Shown: positions 1 to 9,604 of the stretch, piece after piece
Layout: every line of letters starts with the position of its first letter
How positions within the stretch are numbered: position 1 is the first letter of the stretch
Source: a virus
Taxonomy: Duplodnaviria > Caudoviricetes
Virus record (IMG/VR): IMGVR_UViG_2728369500_000003
Span: 1 to 64,000 of that record
Strand: one strand, 5' to 3'
DNA length: 64,000 nucleotides
The notes under the pieces: generated by a model
What the model was told of the DNA's origin: nothing
Seen by the model: only the letters and a program-made list of their open reading frames with translations
The model's database searches: none
Position numbers and translations under genes: made by a program

Positions 1-246
1 ATGGACAAAAGAGAATTAATAAGAAAATGGTTTAGTATTCTTGATAAAACACATAAAAACAATGTAGAAATTGAATTAAGTCAAAAGCATAATGTTACAA
101 CCATGACTGTACGATGTACATGGATCTATTCCGGTAAGCTATCTGACAGTTTACTTGACGAAGTTCTTGAAACCCTACAGAGACATTGCGAAAAACAGGA
201 AACTGAGTATTTCAAAAGGAAACAGTCTTTAATTGACGCTATTTAA
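1..246 (+). CDS. Putative Cro-like early regulator
   Basis: 81 aa, helical; positionally equivalent to 43765..43965, which faces the repressor. Confidence 0.45.
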   Translation: MDKRELIRKWFSILDKTHKNNVEIELSQKHNVTTMTVRCTWIYSGKLSDSLLDEVLETLQRHCEKQETEYFKRKQSLIDAI

Positions 247-429
247 TTGATTATGTCAAATGATTTAAACATATCAAAAATATTGAATCAACTAGATTCT
301 ATAATCGCTTATCACAGACTAGCAATAGATAAAGCTGCAATGCTAAGAAGGGAGTTGTCTGGTGTGGGAACTAACAACTCCCCCAAAGGGGAAAAGGTCT
401 TCCCGAGGAAGAGAAAGCAAAATTACTAG
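247..429 (+). CDS. Small early hypothetical protein
   Basis: 60 aa ORF; positionally equivalent to 43968..44198. Confidence 0.5.
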   Translation: MIMSNDLNISKILNQLDSIIAYHRLAIDKAAMLRRELSGVGTNNSPKGEKVFPRKRKQNY

Positions 430-459
430 GTAGACGTACAAAGAATATGTACAGAAAAT

Positions 460-539
460 AAAAAATCACCTGCACATGGCAGATGATCACTTTTTAACAC
501 TAATTATTGTTTTCAACAATAAGATGAGCCACAAATATA
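460..539 (-). ncRNA. Putative short antisense RNA (promoter to terminator)
   Basis: Minus-strand TATATTTG box at 532-539; hairpin ATCA-C-CTGC..GCAG-A-TGAT followed by a minus-strand T run; same layout at 44195-44268. Confidence 0.4.
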
Positions 540-597
540 CAAAAAAATAAAAACAGTTCCGTTTAAATGTTACAAAGTGAAAATGTTAAGGATAGCT

Positions 598-690
598 ATG
601 AAACCACACACTAAAGACATTCCTACTCCAATTGCAATACTATCGATCGTAGCAGGAATTCTTTTAACCGGATATATCCAATTCCTTTAA
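598..690 (+). CDS. 30-aa single-TM peptide MKPHTKDIPTPIAILSIVAGILLTGYIQFL (not in the ORF track)
   Basis: Translated by hand; homologue at 44285..44383. Confidence 0.7.
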   Translation: MKPHTKDIPTPIAILSIVAGILLTGYIQFL

Positions 691-738
691 AAATAACAAA
701 AATAAAATAAATGATGGAATTACAAAATATTTAACAAT

Positions 739-1518
739 ATGGAAATCAAAATATTAGAACAAAAAGAAATTCTAGGTAAAAATATTACTTTTTATGGAAC
801 AAATGACAATCCTTTGTTCTTAGCTAAAGATGTCGCTCAATGGCTCGGATTAACAAACGTGACTGACATGATAAGCAGAGTTGACCAAGATGAGGTGACT
901 AAGTTAAACTTAGGAAGTCTCCAAGGGTGGTGTAATTTTTTAACTGAAAATGGTCTTTATGAAGTTTTAATGCAATCACGAAAACCCATTGCAAAAACTT
1001 TAAAGAGAGGAATCAAACAGGTTTTAAAACAAATAAGGCTGACAGGAGGATATATTCCTATACAAAACAATGACTCTCCTGAAATGATAATGGCTAAAGG
1101 ATTTCAAGTAGCCATGCAAACTATTGAAAGCGTAAAGATGCAGAATAAGCAACTACAAATGCAAAATGAGATCCAGCAGCAAAAGATCATAAGTGACGCT
1201 CCTTGGGTTGACTTATCAAAAAACTGTTATAACAGCACCGGATCCTACACAGCCTCTATCCTATCAGCAAGATTAGGATTTAAAAGCGCAAAAGCATTGA
1301 ATGCAGAATTGAAAAAGTTAGGCGTACAATACAAAATAAAAGGTGATGATTGTTGGAAGCTTACTGCAAAATATTCTGGTAATGGATATACTAAAACAAT
1401 ACCATATCCATTTTTCAGATCTGACGGAACCTCTGACACCAAAAACAGAATGGAATGGACCGAGAAAGGATTTGTTTTCCTCAGGGAGTTTTTGAGTAAA
1501 AAACAGATCATGCCATAA
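739..1518 (+). CDS. Antirepressor (BRO-N plus ANT/KilAC-type C-terminus)
   Basis: PLFLAKDVA..LTENGLYEVLMQSRKP BRO-N motif; C-terminal MEWTEKG motif. Confidence 0.9.
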   Translation: MEIKILEQKEILGKNITFYGTNDNPLFLAKDVAQWLGLTNVTDMISRVDQDEVTKLNLGSLQGWCNFLTENGLYEVLMQSRKPIAKTLKRGIKQVLKQIRLTGGYIPIQNNDSPEMIMAKGFQVAMQTIESVKMQNKQLQMQNEIQQQKIISDAPWVDLSKNCYNSTGSYTASILSARLGFKSAKALNAELKKLGVQYKIKGDDCWKLTAKYSGNGYTKTIPYPFFRSDGTSDTKNRMEWTEKGFVFLREFLSKKQIMP

Positions 1519-1569
1519 ATTCTTTCAAATGTACTAAAAAAGCACTTTTAAAAACTATAAAATAATATA

Positions 1570-1935
1570 ATGACATTTTACCAAGACAACAAAAGAAACG
1601 AAGCTCAACGATTCAGTAACGACACATTTAAACTTAGATTATCAGATCTTATAATGGGATATGTTCCGTCCTTTGACAATTTTTTGAAAGAGTTCTTAAA
1701 AAGTGAACTTTTTTTGAATTGCGGAGATAGTGTAAGCCCCGTGTATCAAGGAACAGATCCAGAAGATGGTATTATAGATTACTTAATTGATATTCCTTTA
1801 GCTTCATTTATTCTGTATGACTTATTTAATAAAACAACGGATGAGTATTTTAAAAGTCAGATTGATCTTAGAATAACGGAACTCACTGATACAATCGGTC
1901 CACGCACAGGAGAACTAGTCATTAAGAGTTATTAA
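1570..1935 (+). CDS. Hypothetical phage protein
   Basis: Homologue at 45789..46169. Confidence 0.75.
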   Translation: MTFYQDNKRNEAQRFSNDTFKLRLSDLIMGYVPSFDNFLKEFLKSELFLNCGDSVSPVYQGTDPEDGIIDYLIDIPLASFILYDLFNKTTDEYFKSQIDLRITELTDTIGPRTGELVIKSY

Positions 1936-1996
1936 GCCTTAAAAAATCAAAGGGGTTGATATTGATTCGCCTATCCTCCATTAAATAAAAAATAAA

Positions 1997-2812
1997 ATGA
2001 GCTACAAAGATGCCTATTACTTCAGTCATGACAGCAATGCCAGACAGGATGAAAAAATAATAGCTCTGAGAATGAAACTCGGATGGGAAGGTTACGGACT
2101 TTACTGGGCACTTATTGAGAAATTGAGAGATGCAACAAATTATATGTGTGTTAAAGATTATAATCTTATAGCCTTTGACCTACGTTCTGATGCTGCGAAA
2201 ATAAAATCTATTATAGAAGAATTTGGGTTATTTGCCTTCACCATTAATGAAACTGGTGAGTGCTTCTACTCCATGTCTTTAATAAAAAGAATGACTCAAT
2301 TTGATAGTGCAAAAGCTAAACTGTCTGTTTCTGGAATTAAAGGGAATCTCATTAAAAATAAGCACATAACAAAGGCTCAAGCTGCTAGTATGAATGATGA
2401 TGAAATCCTTGAATTAAATGAGAAAATTAAGGGTAATAACGGGGGCGGATCGGGGGCGGGTCGGGAGACGACCGCAAATAAAGGAAAGGAAAGTAAAGGA
2501 GATAAGAGTAAAGAAAAGGAAATAGAAGTATATAGACAATTCCTCCACCTTTCTATTTCTGTTGAAGATTTTGACAAATTGATTGAAACCGGATATTCCA
2601 AGGAGCAAATAGATTCTATTCTGGAGAGCATTGAGAATTACGGTCCGAACAAGAAATACAAGTCTCTTTTTATTACAGCAAAGAACTGGCTAAAGAAAGA
2701 TTTTGGAGTTCCCAAAACGAAAGAGGAGCAGGTTGTTATTGAAAATGAGACAGAAGAAGAAAGATTCCATAGGGAATGGAAGGCGAAAAATAAAACAATA
2801 CCAATGCACTGA
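1997..2812 (+). CDS. Replication initiator-like protein (DUF4373/Lin1244-like N-terminus)
   Basis: YFSHDSNARQDEKI..GYGLYWALIEKL motif; internal iteron-like repeats. Confidence 0.8.
   Translation: MSYKDAYYFSHDSNARQDEKIIALRMKLGWEGYGLYWALIEKLRDATNYMCVKDYNLIAFDLRSDAAKIKSIIEEFGLFAFTINETGECFYSMSLIKRMTQFDSAKAKLSVSGIKGNLIKNKHITKAQAASMNDDEILELNEKIKGNNGGGSGAGRETTANKGKESKGDKSKEKEIEVYRQFLHLSISVEDFDKLIETGYSKEQIDSILESIENYGPNKKYKSLFITAKNWLKKDFGVPKTKEEQVVIENETEEERFHREWKAKNKTIPMH
2440..2472 (+). repeat. Iteron-like 11-bp repeats (putative origin of prophage 1)
   Basis: CGGGGGCGGAT, CGGGGGCGGGT, CGGGAGACGAC inside the initiator gene, followed by a purine-rich tract. Confidence 0.55.
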
Positions 2813-4620
2813 TGGAAACGATTATCTCGCTGGCAACGATGCTCACATATGACATCACGGCAAACAAGCAGGGGGAAAACTACATGCCTTGTCCCGAATG
2901 TTCACACAACAGGAGAAAGAAAAATGTAAAATGTTTCTCCTACAACGCTGAAAAAGAAGCTGGATATTGCAATCACTGTGAAGCAAGATTTGTAAAACAT
3001 AACCCATACGAGAAGAAGGAGTATGTCAAGCCAACATTTGAATTTCAGAATTACACAAAGCTTTCAGACAAGTTGGTTAAATGGTTTGAAAATCGGGGAA
3101 TATCGCAGCGAACACTTTTGTCAATGAAAATTTCTGAAAAGAAGGAATACATGCCTCAAACGGAAAAAGAAGAAAATTGCATTGTTTTTCCATTCTTTAA
3201 AAAATCGGAACTGATTAATCTGAAATATCGAGATGCAAAGAAGAATTTCAAGTTAGCATCCGGCGCTGAATTAATCTGGTTTAACTATGATGCAATACTC
3301 AATCATGATGAGGTTATTATTTGTGAGGGCGAGATAGATGCTTTAAGCTTTATTCAGTCCGGATTTGATAATGTTATTTCTGTTCCTAACGGTGCAAATA
3401 TTGGAAGAATGGAATATTTCGACAGTAGTTTTGAGGATCTGAATAAGATTAAAACATTCGTGATAGCAGTTGACAATGACTTAAAAGGGATAGAGCTGAA
3501 ACAAGATTTAATCAGAAGGCTTGGAATGGAAAAATGCAAAACCGCATCATTTAAGCAATTTAAAGACGCAAACGAACTCTTAGTATCAGAAGGGGTGGAT
3601 AGCGTTCAAAGAGCTATAAAAGAAGCCAAATTAATTAAGCTACCGGATATATACTCTGTGGATGATTTCAGGAATGAACTAAACGATTATTTTGAAAACG
3701 GAATGCCGCAAGGTAAAGAGCTTGGAATACCAGAATTGGATAAAATAATACGATGGCAGACTGGCCGTTTCGGAGTAGCAACCGGAATTCCAGGAATGGG
3801 GAAAAGTGAATTCATAGATTTTGTATACAGCAAATTAAATATTCTCTATGACTGGCCATTAGGGTATTATTCGCCCGAATCAATGCCTTTACAGCTTCAC
3901 TTCAGTAAATTATTTCCAAAGTTTGTAGGAAAGGAATACAAAAAAGGAGTTGTGAATGAAAGTGAGAAGTATACTGGAGAAGAACATATCAACAAAAATG
4001 TTTTCTGGGTAAATCCTCCTGTTGATATGGACATCAATGAAATATTGGCAAGATTTGAATATTTAGTTAAGGCAAAGGGATGTAAGGCTTTTGTGATAGA
4101 TCCATTTAATAGAATTGAGCAATCAGCAAATCATTCAGACAATGAAAGGTTGTTTATCAAAAAAAGCCTCGTTACAATGAGCAATTTCGCTAAGAGAACA
4201 GATAGTTTATTATTTCTCATTGCACACCCTACTAAAATGCAAAAGGAAAAAGGAATTTATAAAATACCTGGTCCTTATGACATTTCCGGTTCTGCCGATT
4301 TTTGGAATATGTTGGATTATACCTTAACCGTACATAGGACACAGAATGAAGATGGTAAGTTTCAGTCATTTGGAATCGTGATTGTCCAGAAGGCAAAAAT
4401 CAACAAGACCATGGGAGATACAGGAACATGGGGGTATTGGTACAACATAAACAATGGTCGGTACATCACTGATCACGATGACGGAAGACCTAAACAATGG
4501 GATAATTCAAATTGGATAACCAAAGTAGAATATTTTCCACCTGAAGAAAAAGAATATCAAGTACAGCCTGTAACAATAAACGAAGCTTTTGGAGATGAGT
4601 ACGCTGAATTACCATTCTGA
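2812..4620 (+). CDS. Primase-helicase (Zn finger, TOPRIM, T7 gp4/Twinkle-like helicase)
   Basis: CPEC..CNHC; ICEGEIDALS and AVDND TOPRIM motifs; Walker A GIPGMGKS; VIDPFN. Confidence 0.9.
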   Translation: METIISLATMLTYDITANKQGENYMPCPECSHNRRKKNVKCFSYNAEKEAGYCNHCEARFVKHNPYEKKEYVKPTFEFQNYTKLSDKLVKWFENRGISQRTLLSMKISEKKEYMPQTEKEENCIVFPFFKKSELINLKYRDAKKNFKLASGAELIWFNYDAILNHDEVIICEGEIDALSFIQSGFDNVISVPNGANIGRMEYFDSSFEDLNKIKTFVIAVDNDLKGIELKQDLIRRLGMEKCKTASFKQFKDANELLVSEGVDSVQRAIKEAKLIKLPDIYSVDDFRNELNDYFENGMPQGKELGIPELDKIIRWQTGRFGVATGIPGMGKSEFIDFVYSKLNILYDWPLGYYSPESMPLQLHFSKLFPKFVGKEYKKGVVNESEKYTGEEHINKNVFWVNPPVDMDINEILARFEYLVKAKGCKAFVIDPFNRIEQSANHSDNERLFIKKSLVTMSNFAKRTDSLLFLIAHPTKMQKEKGIYKIPGPYDISGSADFWNMLDYTLTVHRTQNEDGKFQSFGIVIVQKAKINKTMGDTGTWGYWYNINNGRYITDHDDGRPKQWDNSNWITKVEYFPPEEKEYQVQPVTINEAFGDEYAELPF

Positions 4621-4687
4621 TATTGGATTGAGAGAATTTACGGCTTTACCCCTTGTATTGAATTTTAAGAATTATAAAATGTAACAT

Positions 4688-4963
4688 ATGCAAAGTCTAA
4701 AAAGCAAAACAAAAGACGGAACAGAGATAGAGATCATTATATCAGACAATGCCATTAAATCGGGGTTCAGCATTGGGAATTGGGCAGATCTGGAAATGAT
4801 AGTAACGGATAAAAACAACGGACAGTATCAGGCTGATGTGTTTTTAAAGTCAGGATGGACCCATAAAGAACTTCAAGAAATTATAGCACAGACTGTCCTA
4901 AGTTGTGATGCAAAAGTTAAACGGGTAAAAGCAACCATCAAGGGGATTGTTTCAGTAAATTAA
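4688..4963 (+). CDS. Conserved hypothetical protein before the packaging module
   Basis: Homologue at 48596..48871. Confidence 0.75.
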   Translation: MQSLKSKTKDGTEIEIIISDNAIKSGFSIGNWADLEMIVTDKNNGQYQADVFLKSGWTHKELQEIIAQTVLSCDAKVKRVKATIKGIVSVN

Positions 4964-5024
4964 AAATATAAAATGCTACAGCGGGCTTGAAATTAAAAAA
5001 AGAGCTACGCCAGGCTGGAATTTG

Positions 5025-5220
5025 AGTAGGTACTTTACGGGAATCCCCTTCTACGGCGCTACGAGCCCCAAAAAAGCGCTAGTCACAGAATTTTTTCCTG
5101 GTTGCCGGTTGCCAGTATGACAGCACAAAAATGCAGTATTAATAAGGGTTTTAGAAAGACCAGACTGGCAACCTGACACCACTTTGGTTGCCATCATGGT
5201 TGCCACTTTGGTTGCCACTC
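5025..5220 (+). promoter_or_regulatory. Putative cos/packaging-initiation region with GGTTGCC repeats
   Basis: Non-coding, just upstream of terS; six GGTTGCC copies; nearly identical at 48901-49097. Confidence 0.6.
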
Positions 5221-5231
5221 ACTAAAAAATT

Positions 5232-5771
5232 ATGAAAAAAGAAAAATATTTATCCATAAGAGCATATGCAAAGCGCGTAGGGGTAAGTCATGCTTCGATT
5301 CAGAAGGCCATCAAAGCAGGAAAAATTTCTAAAGGCTATGATTCAGAAACCAAAACCATCAACCCCGATATTGCAGATCAGGAATACGGTTTTCAGACCG
5401 AGATCAAAAAGATCAATGAAAAATTAAAAGAAAATATATCCCAGCAGCAATTGGAAGCTTACAGCGGGGTCGATGTCGTTGAGATACAAATCTCTCATCA
5501 GGACACAGCACCTGAAGCCTTGCGAAAGCAAATCATCATTAAAGCGCAGCTCGATCTCTTGAAACTCAAAACAGAAAGCGGACAGCTCGTAAACAAAGAA
5601 GAAGTGTATAAAGAAATTTACGCCTATGGCAAAGAAATCAGAATGAGTCTGCAAGCTATCCCCGACAGGATCATAGATCAGCTCCTGACCATGGACCGAA
5701 ACGATGCCCATAAATTATTAACTGAAAGCATCAACGAATCTTTAATAAAACTTACCACCTATGCTCATTAA
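5232..5771 (+). CDS. terS: Terminase small subunit (Nu1-like)
   Basis: N-terminal HTH LSIRAYAKRVGVSHASIQKAI; C-terminal GQLVNKEEV; overlaps terL. Confidence 0.85.
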   Translation: MKKEKYLSIRAYAKRVGVSHASIQKAIKAGKISKGYDSETKTINPDIADQEYGFQTEIKKINEKLKENISQQQLEAYSGVDVVEIQISHQDTAPEALRKQIIIKAQLDLLKLKTESGQLVNKEEVYKEIYAYGKEIRMSLQAIPDRIIDQLLTMDRNDAHKLLTESINESLIKLTTYAH

Positions 5772-7596
5772 AGGATTTTTAGACGCCTTACAACCAGAAC
5801 CCATACTATCTGTGAGCCAGTGGGCAGATCAAAACCGACTCTTAGACAGTAAAAGTTCAGCAATGCCAGGAAAATACAGAACTTCCATCACTCCGTTTCT
5901 CAAAGAGATTATGGATCATCTCGGGGAATATTCTCCTGTAGAGGAAGTTATTGTCATGAAGGGAGCACAGCTGGGCGTGACCGAGGCAGGACTCAATTGG
6001 ATAGGCTACACCATTGATATCTCCCCCTGCCCTATGCTTTTTGTAGAACCCACTAAAGAAGTGGTGGAACTGGTCAGCAAGACCAGAATACAGCCTATGC
6101 TCGAAAGCTCTCCCAGCTTGGCACACAAAGTAAAACCACCTAAGTCCAGAGACAGCGGAAATACCCTCACAAAAAAAGAATTTCCGGGTGGAGTATTGAG
6201 ATTAGCAGGAGCCAACAGCGCTGCAGGTCTCAGAAATATGCCCGTCAAAAGACTCATGCTCGATGAGGTAGATGCTTATCCTGTGGATTTGGATACTGAA
6301 GGAAATCCCATTGACCTGGCAAAGAAAAGGACTTCCACATTTGCCAAAAGAAAAATCTTCATTTTATCCACTCCGGTAACAAAAGGCCTTAGTGTTATTG
6401 AGCCCCTGTTTGAGAGTACCGACCAGAGATATTTCTTTCTTCCTTGCCCTCATTGCGGAACTTTGCAGCATTTGAAATGGGAAAATTTAAAATATCAATA
6501 CAACAAAAGCGCAAAGGTCGCAAAAGAGGTTTATTACCAGTGTGAACACTGCCAGGAAGGTATTCAGGAATCTGAAAAAACAAAAATGCTGGAGAGTGGA
6601 GTTTGGATACCTACAAAGCCTGAGAATCAAAATAAAAAAAGAGTGGGCTACCATATCAATTCCCTCTATTCCCCTTTAGGATGGAAAAGCTGGGAGGATT
6701 TAGCCATAGAATATGAAGAGGCCATGGGAGATGTCCCGAAAATGAAAACGTTTTACAACACCTCCTTAGGGCTGACCTATGAAGAAAGCGGAGATAAGCC
6801 CCAGTGGGAAGCATTGTATGACCGTAGAGAGGATTACCCGAGAGGAAAAATACCCACTGATGAAATTGCTTTTTTAACAGCCGGGGTAGATATTCAGAAA
6901 GACCGTATCGAACTGGAAATAGTAGGCTGGTGCGAGGGGAAGGTTTCCTACTCCATTGATTATAGAGTGCTAATGGGGTTTGTGGCAGGTGATGGCAGCG
7001 CCCAGGTTTGGCAAAAACTCGATGCCCTGCTCAATGAAACATGGATAAGACCCGACGGCACACAGATGAGTATCAGAATGATGTGTGTGGACAGTGGAAA
7101 CTGGTCCAGTGAAGTCTATGCTTTTTGCGGCCGTTATCCCCCTTCAAGAGTCGTCCCCATCAAAGGACGTGACAATCAGATTACCATTATTTCTGCTCCA
7201 AAAGCCGTGAATGTTACCAGAAAAAATAAACCCATCAATGGCGTTAAAGTATGGCATGTCGGCGTTTCATTATTAAAATCGGAACTATACGGCTGGTTAA
7301 GAGTTAATCAGGGAGATCCAGGGTATTGCCATTTCCCAATGTATGATGAGGCCTACTTTAAAGGACTTACCTCTGAAGAACTTATTACAACCAAAAATAA
7401 AAATGGACACACGGTACAGAGGTGGGTGAAAAAGTTCACCCGAAATGAGCCCCTCGATATAAGGAACTACGCCAGGGCAGCGGCCCATATGGTCGGCATG
7501 GACTCCTTTTCACCCAAACATTGGGAACTCATGCGAAATAAAAGAACCGGAGCAGTTAAAAATAAAGTAAAGAAGAAATCAGATTTTTGGAATTAA
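5761..7596 (+). CDS. terL: Terminase large subunit, GpA family
   Basis: KGAQLGVTE, LDEVDAYP, STP, CPHCG..CEHC, AGVDIQ, NEPLD motifs. Confidence 0.95.
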   Translation: MLIKGFLDALQPEPILSVSQWADQNRLLDSKSSAMPGKYRTSITPFLKEIMDHLGEYSPVEEVIVMKGAQLGVTEAGLNWIGYTIDISPCPMLFVEPTKEVVELVSKTRIQPMLESSPSLAHKVKPPKSRDSGNTLTKKEFPGGVLRLAGANSAAGLRNMPVKRLMLDEVDAYPVDLDTEGNPIDLAKKRTSTFAKRKIFILSTPVTKGLSVIEPLFESTDQRYFFLPCPHCGTLQHLKWENLKYQYNKSAKVAKEVYYQCEHCQEGIQESEKTKMLESGVWIPTKPENQNKKRVGYHINSLYSPLGWKSWEDLAIEYEEAMGDVPKMKTFYNTSLGLTYEESGDKPQWEALYDRREDYPRGKIPTDEIAFLTAGVDIQKDRIELEIVGWCEGKVSYSIDYRVLMGFVAGDGSAQVWQKLDALLNETWIRPDGTQMSIRMMCVDSGNWSSEVYAFCGRYPPSRVVPIKGRDNQITIISAPKAVNVTRKNKPINGVKVWHVGVSLLKSELYGWLRVNQGDPGYCHFPMYDEAYFKGLTSEELITTKNKNGHTVQRWVKKFTRNEPLDIRNYARAAAHMVGMDSFSPKHWELMRNKRTGAVKNKVKKKSDFWN

Positions 7597-7597
7597 T

Positions 7598-7960
7598 ATG
7601 GAAAAACACATCACAATACGCATTCAAATGCCGTTAAGCCTTGCAGAAATGGCCATTCATGCTGCATGCATATACTATCAGACCACCCCTGAAGAATTAT
7701 TTGGGAAAAGTCCTAATCATGAGCATTCAGAAAGAAAATCACTCGTCTATCATTTGTTAAAAACAGAATGCAATATGACAGTCCCGGAAATTGCACGAAT
7801 AGCAGGCACCAGCCGACAATATGTGAGCTATATGCTCGATCGTGTAGATATCCGCTCAAGATTGTATTTGTCAAATGCTTGCCACTACAAAAATATACAC
7901 CATATTTTCACAACTTTACAGAAAGAACAAAAAAAATGGATGGACCAGAATTCACAATAG
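7598..7960 (+). CDS. HTH protein resembling DnaA domain IV
   Basis: TVPEIARIAGTSRQYVSY helix-turn-helix; identical protein at 51475..51837. Confidence 0.6.
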   Translation: MEKHITIRIQMPLSLAEMAIHAACIYYQTTPEELFGKSPNHEHSERKSLVYHLLKTECNMTVPEIARIAGTSRQYVSYMLDRVDIRSRLYLSNACHYKNIHHIFTTLQKEQKKWMDQNSQ

Positions 7961-8157
7961 AACAGTATTACGCCTTGAATAAGAGTATCGCACAGGGAAC
8001 CTTAACTGTTACCTATGGTGATAAAACCGTTACCTACCGCAGCCTTGATGAGATGCTCAGAATCAGAAATCTCATGGGCGCAGAATTGGGGCTTATTAAA
8101 AAAGACAATGGCCGAAAAGTAGGAGTCTTTAGTAAAAACTGGAAAAAATGTCCTTAG
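7936..8157 (+). CDS. gpW-like head-tail joining protein (probable start MDGPEF)
   Basis: ALNKSIAQGTLTVTYGDKTVTYRSLDEM motif; lies between terL and portal. Confidence 0.85.
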   Translation: MDGPEFTIEQYYALNKSIAQGTLTVTYGDKTVTYRSLDEMLRIRNLMGAELGLIKKDNGRKVGVFSKNWKKCP

Positions 8158-9604
8158 AATTAAATTTACTCGATAAAGTAGTTTCTTATTTAAGTCCGCA
8201 GTGGGGACTAAAAAGAATACAGCGGCGTAATGCAATGGATATACTTCAAAGAGGGTATGAAGGGGCACGAAAAGACCGCCGTACCAAAGGGTGGAATGTG
8301 AATGATTTTGAACAGGCCGCAAAAGTAGCCGAAATTAAAACCCTGAAAAACAGAAGCAGGGACCTCTACCGAAACAATCCCTATTCTTTCCGGGCTCATA
8401 ATTCCATAGCTAACAATACGACCGGTACGGGCATTGTGCCGGCCATTAAAAATGAGCTGCTAAAAAAAATCTGGAAGGAGTGGGCCCATCAGACCTCAGT
8501 GGATTTTGACGCCAATTGTAATTTTTACGGATTACAGAATCTATGCATGAGAACACTCTCTATGCATGGTTCAGTACTCATCTTAAGAATTAAAACCAAT
8601 AATAAAGAACATATTCCATTAGAACTCAAGGTGGTTTCCACTAAATTTTTAGACCTCTCAAAAGATACCATAAAAACTTCCACCGGGTCATATATTTCCG
8701 GGGAATTGAGTTCGCCGCCAGCGGAAAAAGGAAAGGATACTGGATTTACGATAAAGATCCGGAGCTGGAATATTCTAAAAGTACATTTTGGAAAGATCAG
8801 GATGTGATCCATCTTTTTTTTCAGGATGAACCCGGTCAGATCCATGGGGTTCCCTTTGGCTCTCCCTCCATGATGAGCTTAAGAGATTTTGACGATTATT
8901 CGGATGCGCAGCTGGTAAGACAAAAGATCGCCTCCTGCTTCTCCATATTCATCACCAAGACAGATGCTGAAATGATCGGGGCAGACACCCAGGATTATGA
9001 AGAGTTTGACAGGGTGGAACCAGGGCTCATTCAGACCTTAGAGCCAGGCAAATCGGTCACTTTTGCTTCCCCTCCTCCCGCAGACGGGTATGGCGAATAT
9101 TCCAAAAACGTCCTTACAGGTATTTCAGCAGGCTACGGCATAAGCTATGAAGCCATGACAGGAGATTTAAGCCATGTCAATTACTCCAGCGGACGCATGG
9201 GGTGGTTAGAATACCAAAGAATGATTGAGACATGGCAGAATTTTATTCTCATCCCTAAATTATGCGCGAAAGTATGGCTTTGGTTTGTAGAGGCAGGAAA
9301 TTTATTAGGCATTCTTCCCAAAGACACGCCTAAAACAGTGGAATGGACCGCCCCGGGTAGAATGATGATTGACCCTGTAAAAGAAGTGAACGGACTTTTA
9401 GCACAGGTAAGAGCCGGATTTATGAGCTGGCAGGAAGCCGTAAGACTTTTAGGCTATGCCCCGGAAGAAATTCTGGAAGAGATGAAAATTTCTAAAGAAT
9501 TATTTGACAAGGCAGGCCTTCACCCAAAATCAGATCCCCGATATGATGCGGTAAATCTAAAAAATCAGAGTAATGATACAGGTAACAATAGCACACAGCA
9601 GTAA
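8148..9604 (+). pseudogene. Lambda-family portal split by a 1-bp deletion (ORFs 8148..8807 and 8804..9604)
   Basis: G4 at 8700-8703 versus G5 in the intact copy 52025..53482. Confidence 0.9.
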
